Of a stretch of 64,000 nt of DNA, positions 25,865 to 39,200 are shown in pieces. The notes under the pieces are model-generated. The model was not told the DNA's origin. It made no database searches and saw only the letters and a list, made by a program, of their open reading frames with translations. Position numbers and translations under genes: made by a program. The DNA is from Sporopachydermia quercuum (Eukaryota). Location of the stretch: NCBI GenBank assembly GCA_001599295.1, contig BCGN01000006.1:1302001-1366000 (forward strand), given 5' to 3'. The stretch's first letter is position 1. Each line of letters begins with the position of its first letter.

Positions 25865-26420
25865 CTATTTCTTCTCCCCAAGGAAAGACTTCAAACTATT
25901 TTCCAATTCAGCTGTTTCTGAGTCTACTGGAAGTTTCTGCAATTCTTGCTCTCGGATGTCCCCACCTAGTAGCTCTTTCATTTTTCTACCAAACTCTTTG
26001 AAACTGGAAACGTCCCATGTCCAAGCAAGACCAAATACTCCCATAGAGAAAGTAGTGGTAGCCAATAAAGAAGCATAACCAGCAGCTGATATAGCATCTC
26101 CATACAAAGAAAAAGGTGGTGGAGCATTATTTGCATGAAACAATTGAGGAATAACTAAAAAAAGATAAACGCGCGTGGTTAGTAAGACAAACTGTTCAAG
26201 ACACAATCTAGTCTACTCATGGTTTTTCATTATGGGAGCAAATGTACTTACATTTCCTCTGCCTTACAGCTTTAAACGCAAATCTTGAACTAATCAACGT
26301 TAAAAGAGCTGATCCATAAAACAAACACATTTGTTTCTGTCGTCTGGCTTTATATTGTTGTAGAAGTTCTTGTTGTTCTGGGGTTAGATCCCCGATTGTG
26401 GTAGCTGATGTCAGTGACAT
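25865..26420 (-). CDS. AIM11: Mitochondrial protein Aim11, 2 exons
   Basis: Exon 1 26420-26252; intron 26251-26155 (GTAAGT...TACTAAC...TAG); exon 2 26154-25865. YKARRQKQM.LF, PQLFHAN and WTWDVSSFKEF motifs. Confidence 0.85.
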
Positions 26421-27806
26421 TATGGACAGAGATTTACAGATGGTGAGAAGCGATTGAATCAAACGGAAGATTTCAGCAGGATTTGATATACCAAAATAGT
26501 TCTAAAGGCTCTTTTGATTATATCTCGAACATTAGCATAATGAAATAATATGGGAAATCAGTCGTCGTTTAGCATAAAGCAGTTGATGTTGAACGAGACA
26601 AGAAATGGAAATACTGTCTCAAAACAGGGAAGGCCTATTTAGAATGAGATGTGAAGTGTAAATGGGAAATCATGCTATTAACTCTGGTACACCAGACAAT
26701 TGCTCTGAATGAATAATTACCTATATACGAACCCGCTTAGATGTTAATTTTATTATTTCTGAAAGAAATGATCTTGGAAGCTGTCTACTGTGTTTTCTTT
26801 CTTGTCTTATTTTGCTCAAAGGATTGCATCAAAATAGATATATTAGTTTGTAGGTTGGTACTCAGTGTGGTATAGGTTCTTACATTTGAGTAGGTCACGT
26901 GTATCAGCATCAATGATTCTTCTCTTATGATCAACAAGAAGAACCCATAAAAACGGAAGCTAGAAGTTTAATATGACATACTTTGTCTGTCTATTTACCT
27001 TAATTTCAACTGCAAATACTATTGAAATTAAGGGAAATGGTATTATATTATACAATCCTGAAAGACAATTCTCTTGGTACCATAGCTGCAGATTCGGTCT
27101 GTACTCTGTCATCATTTCTCCAATACATGTCATGACCTTACAACCAAGAGCCAATTGTCCAAGCAATTAAAAGTGTTTTTTTGATCTTGCCTATATGAAC
27201 ATAATCCATTCCTCATATCCACCACCGCACTTGCCATAAGGTTTCTCGGTCGCTTTCTCCGGTGCCAGTAAATATTTCTCCCATAACCGTTATTCTTAGC
27301 TCAAATCACGTGACNAACTTTTAGTGCAAACCTTGTTGATTATTCCGAGGATGCTTACCCCTTTAGGGAACTCATCGGAAACCTTATGTCCATTTTTCCA
27401 CTTCTTCCTTCCGACATTCCTTTTCTAATCTACTCTCCGAGATGAGTAACTTCAGCTATACAATTTTTTTTCTTTCTATAGTAAGCTGGCAGTCATTCAT
27501 GATGGTATATTTATATTTAACAATTGTACATATACGATAGTTCGTTGTTGAAGACACACGAGTAGTTCATACACAGTGTGATCATATATAATTATAGGGC
27601 TAAATAGATATATATCTACATGCTGCTCTCATGAATACAGAGAGAAGAGGGGTGTTTCTTCAACCTTGAAGTTTGAAAGTACATTCCACCGTAGAAATTT
27701 GGTTCCTGAAAAGTAAGCCAAAGTATCCCTTTTAACGCATCAGGTTTCAGTTGATCGACACTTTTGTTAGACTTCTATTTCCAGCCTGTTTGTTCTGCAA
27801 TCAGCC

Positions 27807-29306
27807 ATGGGATCTACACCTAGAAATAGACCTAGAAGTACCCCGAGTTCAATTTCGAACCCCAGCTTGAATTCCCACAGGGCCGAAACATCACGATGCT
27901 CTTTCCCGTCAAACTCCCAGGATGAGAAAGCGTTTGAAACCTTTGTAGAAGAAGAAACCGAAAGCTCAATTTTGAGTGACCATCAGAAATTTTCTACGTG
28001 GAAAAACACCAAAATAGCCAAAATCCTGTTATGGATTTGCCATTTTGCTCTTGCTCAATGGTTTCTAATTCTGATGGGAGTTTTCATTGCTTTGGCTCAT
28101 TCGTTCCCTAATTTTGCTAGATCTGGCGGTCTTATCAAAGCTCAATATTCCATCGGCTATTTGGCAGTAGCAATCATTTTCTTTGTTTCTGGGTTGTCTA
28201 TGCCAAGTAGGAAACTACTGGAAAACTCTCGGTTATGGAGATCTCATATTACTGTGCAGTTCATGTCGTTTCTAGTTACTCCTAGTATTACTTTTGGTCT
28301 TGTGATGGCTATCAAGGCAGCCAATAATCCTAAAATTGACAAAAATGTTTTAGCCGGTATGATTGTTACTGCTTGTACACCTACTACTATATCTTCTAAT
28401 GTGGTGATGACTCGTCAAGCAAACGGTAATGATTTGCTGGCTTTGATTGAAGTGTGCATTGGTAATATCTTGGGATGTTTTATTACTCCTGCGTTAGTTC
28501 AAATGTATCTGAACGAGTCTACAGGTTTTGAATTTGCCAATCCTGCTACAGATTCAAGCGTTGCTGTAGTTTATCGCAATGTTATGAAACATTTGGGGTT
28601 TGCTCTGTTTATTCCTTTATTCATAGGGCAAGTAATGCAGAACGTCTTTCCCAAGCAAGTTAAATGGGCATTAGTGACGTTCAAACTACCAAAAGTCGGT
28701 ACTTTCTGCTTATCATTACTTCTTTTTTCCAGTTTTTCTACTGCTTTTTACCAAGGAGTATTTGAACAACTTACCACGCAGACCGTGCTTATGCTGGTAT
28801 TCATGAATATTGGATTATATGTGCTATTCACTGCTATATGTTTCCTGCTTTCTCGACCTAAAATCATGATTGATTTGTTTCCTGTTACTCCTGAAAAGAA
28901 ATCTGAGCTCTTTTACGCCAAATCGAAGTTCTATCAACTGATTTATAAGGAAGTGTCAAAGTATTATTATAGCAAACGAGACACGATAGCGATTATGCTG
29001 TGTGGAGCTGCCAAATCGGCTGCAATTGGAGTTACGCTGATTGCAGCGCAGTATGGAGGCAACCCTGAAATGATGGCATATATGCTTGTGCCGTTGGTGT
29101 TGTATCAAGGCGAGCAGATATTTGCTGCTCAATTGATGATTCCGATATTTAGGCGCTGGGTTCATGATGAGATTGAAGCTGAAGCTAAAGCTCAAGCAGA
29201 AGCGGAAGCTGAATTGAAAATGGTTGACGAAGACGCAGTTGAGGGGAGTAATGAAGAGAATAGAAGTAATACTGAGAGGGAGTGGGAGATAGGAAGTAGA
29301 GTATGA
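27807..29306 (+). CDS. RCH1: SLC10/SBF-like membrane protein Rch1 (regulator of Ca2+ homeostasis)
   Basis: 499 aa, multiple TM segments. QWF, IFFVSGLS, PTTISSNVVMTRQANGN, CGAAKSAAIG, LVPLVLYQGEQ. Confidence 0.88.
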   Translation: MGSTPRNRPRSTPSSISNPSLNSHRAETSRCSFPSNSQDEKAFETFVEEETESSILSDHQKFSTWKNTKIAKILLWICHFALAQWFLILMGVFIALAHSFPNFARSGGLIKAQYSIGYLAVAIIFFVSGLSMPSRKLLENSRLWRSHITVQFMSFLVTPSITFGLVMAIKAANNPKIDKNVLAGMIVTACTPTTISSNVVMTRQANGNDLLALIEVCIGNILGCFITPALVQMYLNESTGFEFANPATDSSVAVVYRNVMKHLGFALFIPLFIGQVMQNVFPKQVKWALVTFKLPKVGTFCLSLLLFSSFSTAFYQGVFEQLTTQTVLMLVFMNIGLYVLFTAICFLLSRPKIMIDLFPVTPEKKSELFYAKSKFYQLIYKEVSKYYYSKRDTIAIMLCGAAKSAAIGVTLIAAQYGGNPEMMAYMLVPLVLYQGEQIFAAQLMIPIFRRWVHDEIEAEAKAQAEAEAELKMVDEDAVEGSNEENRSNTEREWEIGSRV

Positions 29307-31347
29307 GTGATGGCGTATATGTCACTCACCACTACATCGTGGTTAAAGAGACGAGAAGGGCAATTGGTTATATCATCAAGACGTATGGAAAGACATGAAA
29401 AAGCTATAAAAGTATGAAAGGTATTGATAGGACGCATGAAACAACTCCCAATGCTGGCAAACCGTGCCATTAATGATTATGGAAAAGTATGGTTCCGAAG
29501 AAATACTGACGGCGGTAACTTCACTGCAAAACCTCCAATAACTCCACTGGCAGAGATGAAGCTCTTCTTGTTATCCTTTTGCAATGAGAACTAATTTAGA
29601 GAGAAAAAGTAGCAGCTGACGGAAAATTAGGAGAATAGAATGAGAGAGCAATAATAAATAGAATATGAACTAGAACTGGAGAGAAAAAAGCGGAAAAGGG
29701 AAGGAGCAATAGATAGACATAGACATAAACAGAAACTAACCTCAATACTTACACTTACATTTACATTTAGACATGACGATTTATTCCTATTGTATACATT
29801 TGCAGCAAATGAACCCTACTAGCAATCAAACTATTATTGACGAATATTCGAACGTTCAACTGNCGTGCGGTAATTCATAGAAGAGGACCAATCAAGCAGA
29901 ATCTTTATTATGGGCGCTAATAGGACTAATAGAATTGTAAACACACACTTATCACACATTATTTATTAGCAAAACAAGCATTATCTGGCTGAGCTATGGA
30001 ACGATATTATGGATTATTGATTTGTTTCTTAAATTACTGAAACATTAAAATACTATCAGTTAAACAGTAACATTACACTGTGGATTACTTATTGGTAAAT
30101 TTGCAACAATGATTCATGCCAAACAAGCCTCAAATACCTTACGAATGCTGTCAACATTTGCGTGCGTTTCAAGTACCTTGACGTACGTCTACTAATAAGC
30201 TGCTCCTATTTGAGTTAAATGAGTTTCCAACTAAGTAATTAGAATAAATACAGAGGTATCTGATTAATTAGTTTATGAGATTTCTAACTGTTTATTTAGA
30301 GGCAAATATATATTTAACCATCCTTGGGTTTCATTTGACTTGATGGTCAAACATAGTTAAGGACATAGATGGTAAACAATTGAATGCCAACAGTTCTCAG
30401 CACAATATCTATTATTTAAATAACGTTTTTTGTCGACATAAAGCTGCAGGTTATCACTCCCAATCAGAAGAAGCTGTAAACTATAACGTTCCATATTTGT
30501 AGATTACTCTCAGGTTCTCTCAACACTTGATTAGACTTGGAAAAAATCAGAGAATAATAATTGCTTGTCATTCCCTTTAATTCAGATTCATTGCCTACAC
30601 CTTTACATGCTAAATTGGAAATTTTAGAAGACAGGTTACACATCTAGTTGGTTCTCGATTAGCAATTNCTTCCTCTTATTCTTATTCTCAGTTTAGTTAT
30701 TGTCAACATGAAGTGAACTAAGAGTTCCAGGATTATGTTTATTTATTAGCTATCAGAACAATAAGTGCAAAGGTTTCATAATTTGTATATTCTTATGGCC
30801 CTGACCGAGTGTTCACAAGTATTGGACGTCAAAGAGTAGTTGACCTTTGATGTTTGACATTCAGTTCAGTTGTTAATGGTTCTTCTGGATGAAGATACAG
30901 TTATGTATTCGCATAACAATTCATCCGAAAACTAATGATTACTCATTCAGTAAATACTTGCTGACTATACATTATAGCTGGTTGAATATGATTAGTGAAA
31001 TAATATACAAGAGACAGAACTTTTGATAGTTCAGATGTTTGTCTGAATTTGACACTCAGGAAGAAAATATTATCCTGAGATGGAAAGGAGTATCGAACTT
31101 GCGGTGAATTCTGACGAATGCTCCGAAGCCAGCTCCTAATCTTTTGCTGGTATGCTCTATGCATACTAGTAGATACCGTAGTGTAGGCTAATACTAATAG
31201 TAACACTAATACTAATACAATACCAATACAATATAATATAATGTCATTCATTCTCTCTGACTAAAGCTTTGCCCATATTTACTAAACTTATCACACCTGT
31301 ATATACTAACATTTCATTTTATGATACAACAAATACATTCAACTATC

Positions 31348-32844
31348 TCAGATATTCCATATCACAGCTGGTCCCATTTCATTGTAATCATTACGACCAA
31401 CAAACATGTTTTCAATATTACCATTGAATATCTGTTTGGCGCCAATCTGGGCTCCCAAAAACACAGCATCGTCAAAGCCATAACTCTTCCATTCAGGGAA
31501 ATATTCAGGGACTTTCGCTACCTTGATGGCCGTTGGGGCTTGTCCATGCCCTGCTGGTCCTGCTCCAGAGTTCACGGCCCCGCCGTATAATGGATTCACA
31601 CTGTTATAATCTCCTGGTTTGGGAGTGTTTTGTCCTGGTGTATTGAACTGTGAGGGTAGTTCGGAAAATGTGGTTTGTCTTGTAATGACGAACTGCTCTT
31701 GAAGCTTGAGTAGCAAAGCTTCCTTGAACCCTTTCACTGCCGCGCCTCTGCCAACAATAATCAATCCTTCCCAAGCTTCCTGTCGATAGTTTATGTCGTC
31801 AATTTTGCTAATTGCTTTGAAGATGCCCTGGGAAATCTTTTCTAGTAGTTTTTCGCAGCCTTGGAATCTTTCCTTGCCGACTTCTAATTCATTACCCTCT
31901 GAATCATTGAATGTGTTTTTTTCCAATTCTGAGTTTTGCTTCACTTCCACAATGGCGTTTTGTTTTTCTCTCTCCTTTTCAGCAATGAAATCCCGTTCTT
32001 TACCTGATACAACAATCTGAGCTACATCTACTACACCGTCATCTTTCTCAAGGCTATCTAAGCCACTTTGCCCAAAAAACGAGTTTCTTGCATCGTCTGG
32101 AGTAAGCACTTCGTATATTTCGGACCATTTGAGGCCCTCTATTTGATCAGTGTTTAAATTAGGAATCAATCTTCGTAGTTCTTCGTTGATAGTGTTTCCT
32201 CCAACGTCTAAAACAATTGTTGCGTGTTCCACAGGGGTGAACTCTACAACAGGCGTGATTGATGTACTTTGGTACCCCACGTCAACAACACAGCTTGTGT
32301 GGTTTATTCCATGGGCGAAAGATGCTGCCAAGGCACTGGGTAGAATAGAAAACGCAGCAACCTTTAGTGTTTCAAACACGTAGTGGGTGATCTTCTCAAT
32401 ATTTACACGGGACCATCGGTGACTAGTGACAAGTAGCAAAGGGGTGAAACTGGCCAGATTGTACTTTCTGATAGCAGATTTGACAATCATTTTGATAAGA
32501 TAATTCAATGCATCCACGTCCTTGATCACACCTTTCTCAATAGGATATACAACATCTTTCTCTTCACCAGATATTGAAAAGAGCTTTCCATGTTGGCCAT
32601 CTCTTTGTTTATAAACTTTAGTTGGCAATTGGATCCCTGGGGGAGTCAATGATTCAGCCAAGCCTACCTGCGCTAAAGTGGTTCTGCTTCCTGGTTCAAT
32701 AATCTATAAAATGTTAGTATAGTTGAGCTATCTAGTGAATACGGCGGATGTGAGGACACGCCTTGGAAAGTGCAGACACAATAGAACCCGTTTTCAGCAC
32801 GACATTACACTTACCAGGAAATGGTCGTCACGGAAAAGCGGCAT
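31348..32844 (-). CDS. ARP9: Actin-related protein Arp9 (SWI/SNF, RSC), 2 exons
   Basis: Exon 1 32844-32815 (MPLFRDDHFL); intron 32814-32704; exon 2 starts IIEPGSRTTLAQVGLAES. GQAPTAIK...PEYFPEWK and FLGAQIGAKQIF motifs. Confidence 0.92.
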
Positions 32845-33149
32845 TTCTAAAAATACAGAAGGATGTTTTATTTTTGATTGGCTGGTGAGAACTGTTCATA
32901 TAGATAAGTAAAGGAGAATTGTATTGTTGATATTTGCTGGGATTGTATTTGCTATTTGTGTTAGATACAGTTTGACACAGATTTAATTAAGTATTGTGAT
33001 TTGTATGAGAAACAGGAGAAGCAGGACAAAAACGGAGAATACTATTAAGGAGGTGTACGCGAGACTTGGAAGGGTAACCAAATATGTTTAAGGTTTAAGG
33101 TTTGTATATTAACGCATATATATGCGCACTGTATGTAAGGTTTGCCATC

Positions 33150-33299
33150 TCGGTGTTGGGTTGATCAGGTACAACGGAACGGAAGGAGAGACAGCCGGTG
33201 CCGAGAGCTGAGGTTTAGGAGTAAGAACTCCTCAGTCTTGTTGCTTAAATTGTTAATTCGAGGCCTGAGAGCTCAGTTCGTCGGAAGCCTAATCACCGA
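33150..33299 (+). other. GC-rich element with long-range self-complementarity (candidate structured ncRNA)
   Basis: Terminal stem TCGGTGTTGGG/CCTAATCACCGA, inner TCAGGT/GCCTGA, hairpin AGGAGT-AAGA-ACTCCT. G-U pairs favour the + strand. Family not recognised. Confidence 0.35.
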
Positions 33300-33501
33300 T
33301 TGTACTATGTATTCTAGATATGTTCTTTCTACAGAATAGAAGCAGTATATATATACCGTCATTACAGGCTCAAAAATAAGTAGTGAATGATTTATTCTAT
33401 TGATGCTATTGAATGTCATGTACGATGTGTGGAATCCAGGTATTAATAATTGAATTTAATATTTCATACTATATNTATCATATAGTGTCGAATCGTATGT
33501 T

Positions 33502-36276
33502 TCATGTTGTACGTTTCATCTTTTCACGCTTCTGTTCTAAATCCCACGCTAAATTCATATCCTGTGATAATACAAACGCTGGCTGTGTATATGCTCTGTT
33601 ATGACGTTTTGTTGGTTGAAGAGTACCTAGCTTTGGTCGTTCCAAATTCTGTACCGATATATTAGAGTCATTTTTTGGTTTTGAGAAGAACTTATTTTCC
33701 AGTTCTTTTGTCAAAGGCTGAGTCTTGGCAGGGAATTTGAACGTCAAATTCAACAACGATGTGTCATTCTCTTTATTGCTGTTGTTCACAGGTGCCAAAC
33801 TGCGTCCCAATGAAGGAGAGCCAAAGCTGCCTTGATTCAAGCTCAGAGTCCTGGAAAGCTTTCTTGAAGTTGAGCTGTTGAGATCAAAGTTAAGGTGGGA
33901 AGATGAGCGAATTCTACTAGCAAAGTCATTTGTAGTGTTCTTTTTATCATCTCTGTGACTGGAACTGCTGCTGAAATTACTGAAGCTGCTCGACTTTGAT
34001 TCCGGTTGTAGAGGACAGCCAAAAGAAATAGATAATGATCTACCATTAAGCTTGAACTCCTTGCGGAACTTATCCATACGTTCTTCACATTGAACAGTAT
34101 GGTCTTTTGAATCCATTTCAATATATTTCCGAGGGTAGCACCTAGATGAGTAACGTTCAAAGAAGTTCTTATACCCGCCTTCTAACACGACAATGTCTGG
34201 ATAATGCAAGTAAGGATATCTGGCAGTATTTAACGATCTATCGCAGCGTCTAAGATGTAATGCCATTAAAGGACCTCTATGAGAAGACAATTCGCAGTGA
34301 AAGATCACCAGTAATCGTTCAGGGTTGGTTTCGGACTCACCATATTGCTTCAGCAGTTGGTTTCCCAGTTGTTTTTGTGATGAGATATTAACTGCACCGT
34401 CAATATGGCCACCTTGGAATTCGTATTCAAAGCGACAGTCTACGACGATATGGCGATCGTATATTGTCTTATACTTATTATCCAGAATGTCGCATAAAGT
34501 ATCGCGATCTATTCTTCTCAAAGGATCAGCATCAATAGTAAAGGTAGGAATAGGGCAAGAACCATCGTCAAGGAAAGAGTCAACGTTCTGAATCAGAGGT
34601 GACTTCAACAATGAACCTGTTGGAACAGGAACCGCCAATGACTGTTTTTCTGCTTCAACGATTTCCTCAGGCTTCTGGAACATAGAATGGGTTCTTCTAA
34701 ACTTGGTCCTATTGGCTGAATAACGATTATATCCTTTAGGTCTCACAGAGATTGATTGTAATGGAGAGTCTATAACAGACTCTGTTAGGGAATCGTTGCC
34801 AATTTCAATCATACTATCGTTACTTGTATCGTTGATATCATCAGGCATTTCAGTCGAGGTTTTATTCTTTTTATTCTCCTCCCCAGAGATTTTCTTTCTA
34901 GTTTTATATTCGGGTACTGGTGATGGCACGCAGAATGAATATACATCCTGTGGAAGCGGTGAGTTCTGTTCTTGAATTTTCTGTAATACTGGGTGAGGCT
35001 GAGAACGCGTACTGTTAAATGAAGCGGAAGAGCTAAAATTAGGAACAGATGTTGCAACAGAAGATGTGGACGATGACCTTGAAAACGAGTGTTCCGATTG
35101 TGCTGTACTAATGGACGCAGACCGTCTTAAGCTAAAAGGAGATTGTTAGTAAATGCAAGCGTGAATGAGTTTAATGTAATAAATAACAATACGATCGTGG
35201 TCTGTGGTTTGTGGTTTGTGACTGGCAGTCAGTTTATTATTAGCTTGTTTAGTCATCACAAGAATACAAAACGAACGTTGATACAAAATCCACAGAACAC
35301 AAAGCATTAAGCAGATGATTGAACAAATAATGAGGAATGCAAGCACATACGAGGGAAACAAACAACTTCCTGAGTCTTCTCGTTGTTTTGTTTGAGGAAA
35401 AAAGTTACTGACAGGTTTGAAAGGAAAGGAAAAACCTGATTCTGCTGCTGATAAAGGCTTTGCTGTTGACAAGCTGGAGACGTTTGAGAAAGACCCAGAT
35501 ATTGAAGAGGATGATGATATGGAGGAAGCGGATGATGATGCTGATGAGCTTCGAGCTGAAAATAAAGAACTGGTAGATAAGTTTAGGGAAGGAAAAGATT
35601 TCAACGAGCCGTTTGAACAGGAAGTTGTTTCTGATCTTGATACCGCCGTTGGTTCACTATCTTTTTTCATAGACAGGAATCTCGCATCAGTTTGACTTGA
35701 ATGGCATGGCCTTTTATGGGGCAAGGGAGAAAGTTCAATGTCGTCATTGCTGAATAGACCTTTGCTTTTCGTCAGTGAAGATTCAGTAGAGCTCCTATGG
35801 AAAAGGGATCTTCTATAAGTTGGAACAGATTCATGATTGTTTTGTTCGATATGGAAGTTCTGCGATAGATCAGCAGCCAGTGTTGTCGTAGGACTATCTA
35901 TATCCAAGTCTATATCATTCAAGTCATTTGTTTTCAATTGTGATAGCGATCGTTTGAAACTAAACTTGTTTTTTGTTTTCATAGGTCTACTTTTCCCCTT
36001 GCCCTGTCCAATATGTACTGGAAGAAATGATGGCGAATCATTGATTGATGGTGATAAGCCATCTGAAGTTGATAAGGATGACGAAGCAGGCGATTGTGAA
36101 GTTCCGTTACATTTGACATCTTGAGTGTTTCTTATCAAACCAGTGGATTTGGTATAGGTTTCTTGTGATGGGAACTTTCTAGTCTCCAATGGTTTTTTGC
36201 CTAGTATGGAAGACAAGAAGTTTGGTTTCTGGAACATTTTGGCATTGAATTCAATATCAGAGCTTTCGACCACCAT
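33502..36276 (-). CDS. MIH1: Cdc25-family M-phase inducer phosphatase, 2 exons
   Basis: Exon 1 36276-35351; intron 35350-35132 (GTATGT...TACTAAC...TAG); exon 2 35131-33502 is in frame. Rhodanese fold VDCRFEYEFQGGHIDGAVN and catalytic HCELSSHRGP. Confidence 0.92.
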
Positions 36277-39200
36277 GGTGGGATAGATTTCGATTGATTA
36301 TGGTGATAATGTTTAGTGATATGTTAATGAAGTATTGATGAAGTTTTGATAGGTCAAACAACGTCCATTACCGTCTTCACCTCTAGTATTTTTCTCTCGC
36401 TTTCTGCTATAGTTAAAATATGAGTTAATAGTGCTAGTTGAGTAGTGGAAAGCAGTTGATTGACAATCGTTGATTTGTTGCTGTCATGCTATACTATATC
36501 TTCCTTCCCTTGGTGACTAACTCTTCGTTCAACTAGTAATCAATCAGAGCAGAGTAAATTACAGTCATTTAGAAATATCTAAACATATTATTCTACCATC
36601 ATCAAGTCAATCAATTTGTTCGTTCAATCAATTCATTCTTTCAATTCTTTTCCGGAGCATTTCATTATTTCATCACCCATTCAACTCGATTTCTATATTT
36701 TGACTAGCAAATTGAATTCAATTGTGAGGTTTTAAACATGAAATGGAACCTTTTTCTATACGAAACTTAAAGTTTAAATGGAGGTAGTAAAATGAGTGAC
36801 CAAACAAGGTTTCAAGTGGAGATAAATGTACCCAAGACACAAAGAAGGGGGATCAAAGCGTTGGAAAATAATGATAGTAAGATAAATTCGTATCAGAAAT
36901 TGTTTTATGAATGAGATTTGAAACGAATGTATTGGACCAGTCCTGAATCATAGATTGGTCTCCTTCAATTGGGAAATTCAACTGAGCTTTCACGAATACG
37001 CAAGAATATGAATTGGGTTTGACAATTAATTGATTATTTCCTCTAAAGAGTATTCGTATGCAGAAATCTACATAATAATTTTGAAAGTTTGAATAAATTA
37101 TCTTCTCCGTTAAAGTTCTTTTTCTTGGTATAACTACAGATGAAACGAAACCTTCAAATTTAAGGTTTCACCTAGGTGAAGCTAAATTTGGTATGAAAAT
37201 GTAGGCAGGTTATTTACTTCATGACATCCCTATTGAGGATTTCAGATCAAAAATAAACGGAAAGTAAAAGAAGAATTATTGGTTGGAATGCAAACTACAA
37301 GATCACAACAGAGATTAGTAATAAGATAACAGTAGATGGGAAATTATTTACCGCTGTGGAAAGCTAATTCAAATTGCTTCTAAGATGTGGTGCATTTTGT
37401 TTTTCCCCAACCGTCTCGATTGCTAGTGTAAAATAATTTTTTCAATCAATGAATAATGAAAACCTTTTCTCAATGTTCGTTTTTTTTTATCACTATAATA
37501 AAAAGTTTGTCCAGGGTTCACTGTATTGGCTCTAATCGTATAAATAGCCAATTGCTTTCCATGTAACGTCTACGAAACTAGAGAGGTTTTCTGATTTTCC
37601 AATTTGAATCAACTATCACTTAATGGAACTTTCCCAACTGAGAGGCTTTTCCAGCTTTAGCTGATTCATTAGTCCTATAATACATTGTAGACTACAAGTA
37701 TGATAATTGTTAACTTCTACCGTTATATAATGGTTATTTTATATTTATGGGTGTATATAAATACTCATTGTACTCNAATTATAATCAATGCTCGTATTTG
37801 TCTTTACTTCTTTCACATTCATGGAAACTGGCCATGCCTAATGTCCAGTGGAACACACGAAGCTTTTTTCTTCATCACTACCATTGTCATATCGAATGTT
37901 ATTAGAAAGCATTATTTGATTATTATACTCTAATCTTCTACGGAAATTTTGCTGTTTTAAACTCTGTTATAGAAGGAGAGGTGAGGCTAGTGATTGGAAT
38001 GCAAGATAGAGATTATTTCTAAATCAAATTGTAGGCTCAAGGCTGTAGAGTAGGTTCGGATATAGGAGAATAAGGAAGAAAACAGTTCATTGCTTGAAAA
38101 GGTTAATCGAAATATTTCTAAACATATGCAATGATGTTTTCTTCTATTGTTAGTAGCCTGTTTTACGAGTATGAACAGTTAAAGCAAAACCCATCAGTGT
38201 TTAAATTGTATAGAATAGTCTTTACCTTACACATCAACGGATACCTAGTTGATCAGAACATAAAGTAACGTGAAAACACTATTTAATCATAAGAGAACAA
38301 ATTCATCAGCCTTCAATATGCTCAAATGCATTCATAAATCAATGCCATCTTGATAGTGTTTTAAGACAGGATAAGATCAAGCCAATTGTTCTTTGACTTA
38401 CTATAGTAGGCAAAAAAAGCAGCATGGTCGCCGTAGTCTCTTCTTCAGAACAACCCTTTTTTTTTGGAATCCTGCTAAGTGGAGTTAATGCTGATGATAC
38501 AACAAATGAAAATTTCAATCAGCTTCAGTCTTCCGACCCTTGAACATTATCTATCTGTACTGATTTATTGATCCAGTACCATTTGATGCTTAAGAAAAAG
38601 CCAAACAATCTTAGTCAAATGAGAATTAAGTGAAAAGATTCAACTGTAAATTCACGCGTTTGTTTATGAAATTCCTTAATGGTCAAATTTCTAATCAGAT
38701 TAGGTGAATATTTGCTTGGAGGTGTAACTGAGTTTAGAGATACGTTTTCCGATATAAGTAATAGACATCCAGTTTAGTGTTCACTAGATGGTTTTCGAGT
38801 GAACCCTCCCTAACTATAACAAACTTTATTATATGTATACTTTGGATCAGGCTGTCTAGTCTTGAAAGTGCAAACTTAAGCCTCCACCCTGGTCTCACCA
38901 GGAGATCAATTTCATAATAAACGTTCTATAAAATTAGAACAACCTGTTATTCGATGAAATTCTATGGACATAAATATGAATCTAGAGTAAAATAGTATTC
39001 AGTGACATATATAGTCTATAATAACTATATGATATGAATTAGATATGACTTCCAAATCCCATATGAACTTTACAGTATGTATCATCAATTGTTCAAGAAA
39101 TATTCTGTCAACATCATCCTCAACAGAACCTATCAACCTAACAGAACCTAACATTCCATTCCAATGAATTCCTGAGCAATTTCCTATACAATATACTTTT

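Noticed and set aside
33150..33299. TPP riboswitch, SRP or RNase P identity for the structured element
   Set aside because: CTGAGA, TGATC and TCGGTG/ACCGAT fragments are present but not in the required order or context, and the other conserved motifs are missing.
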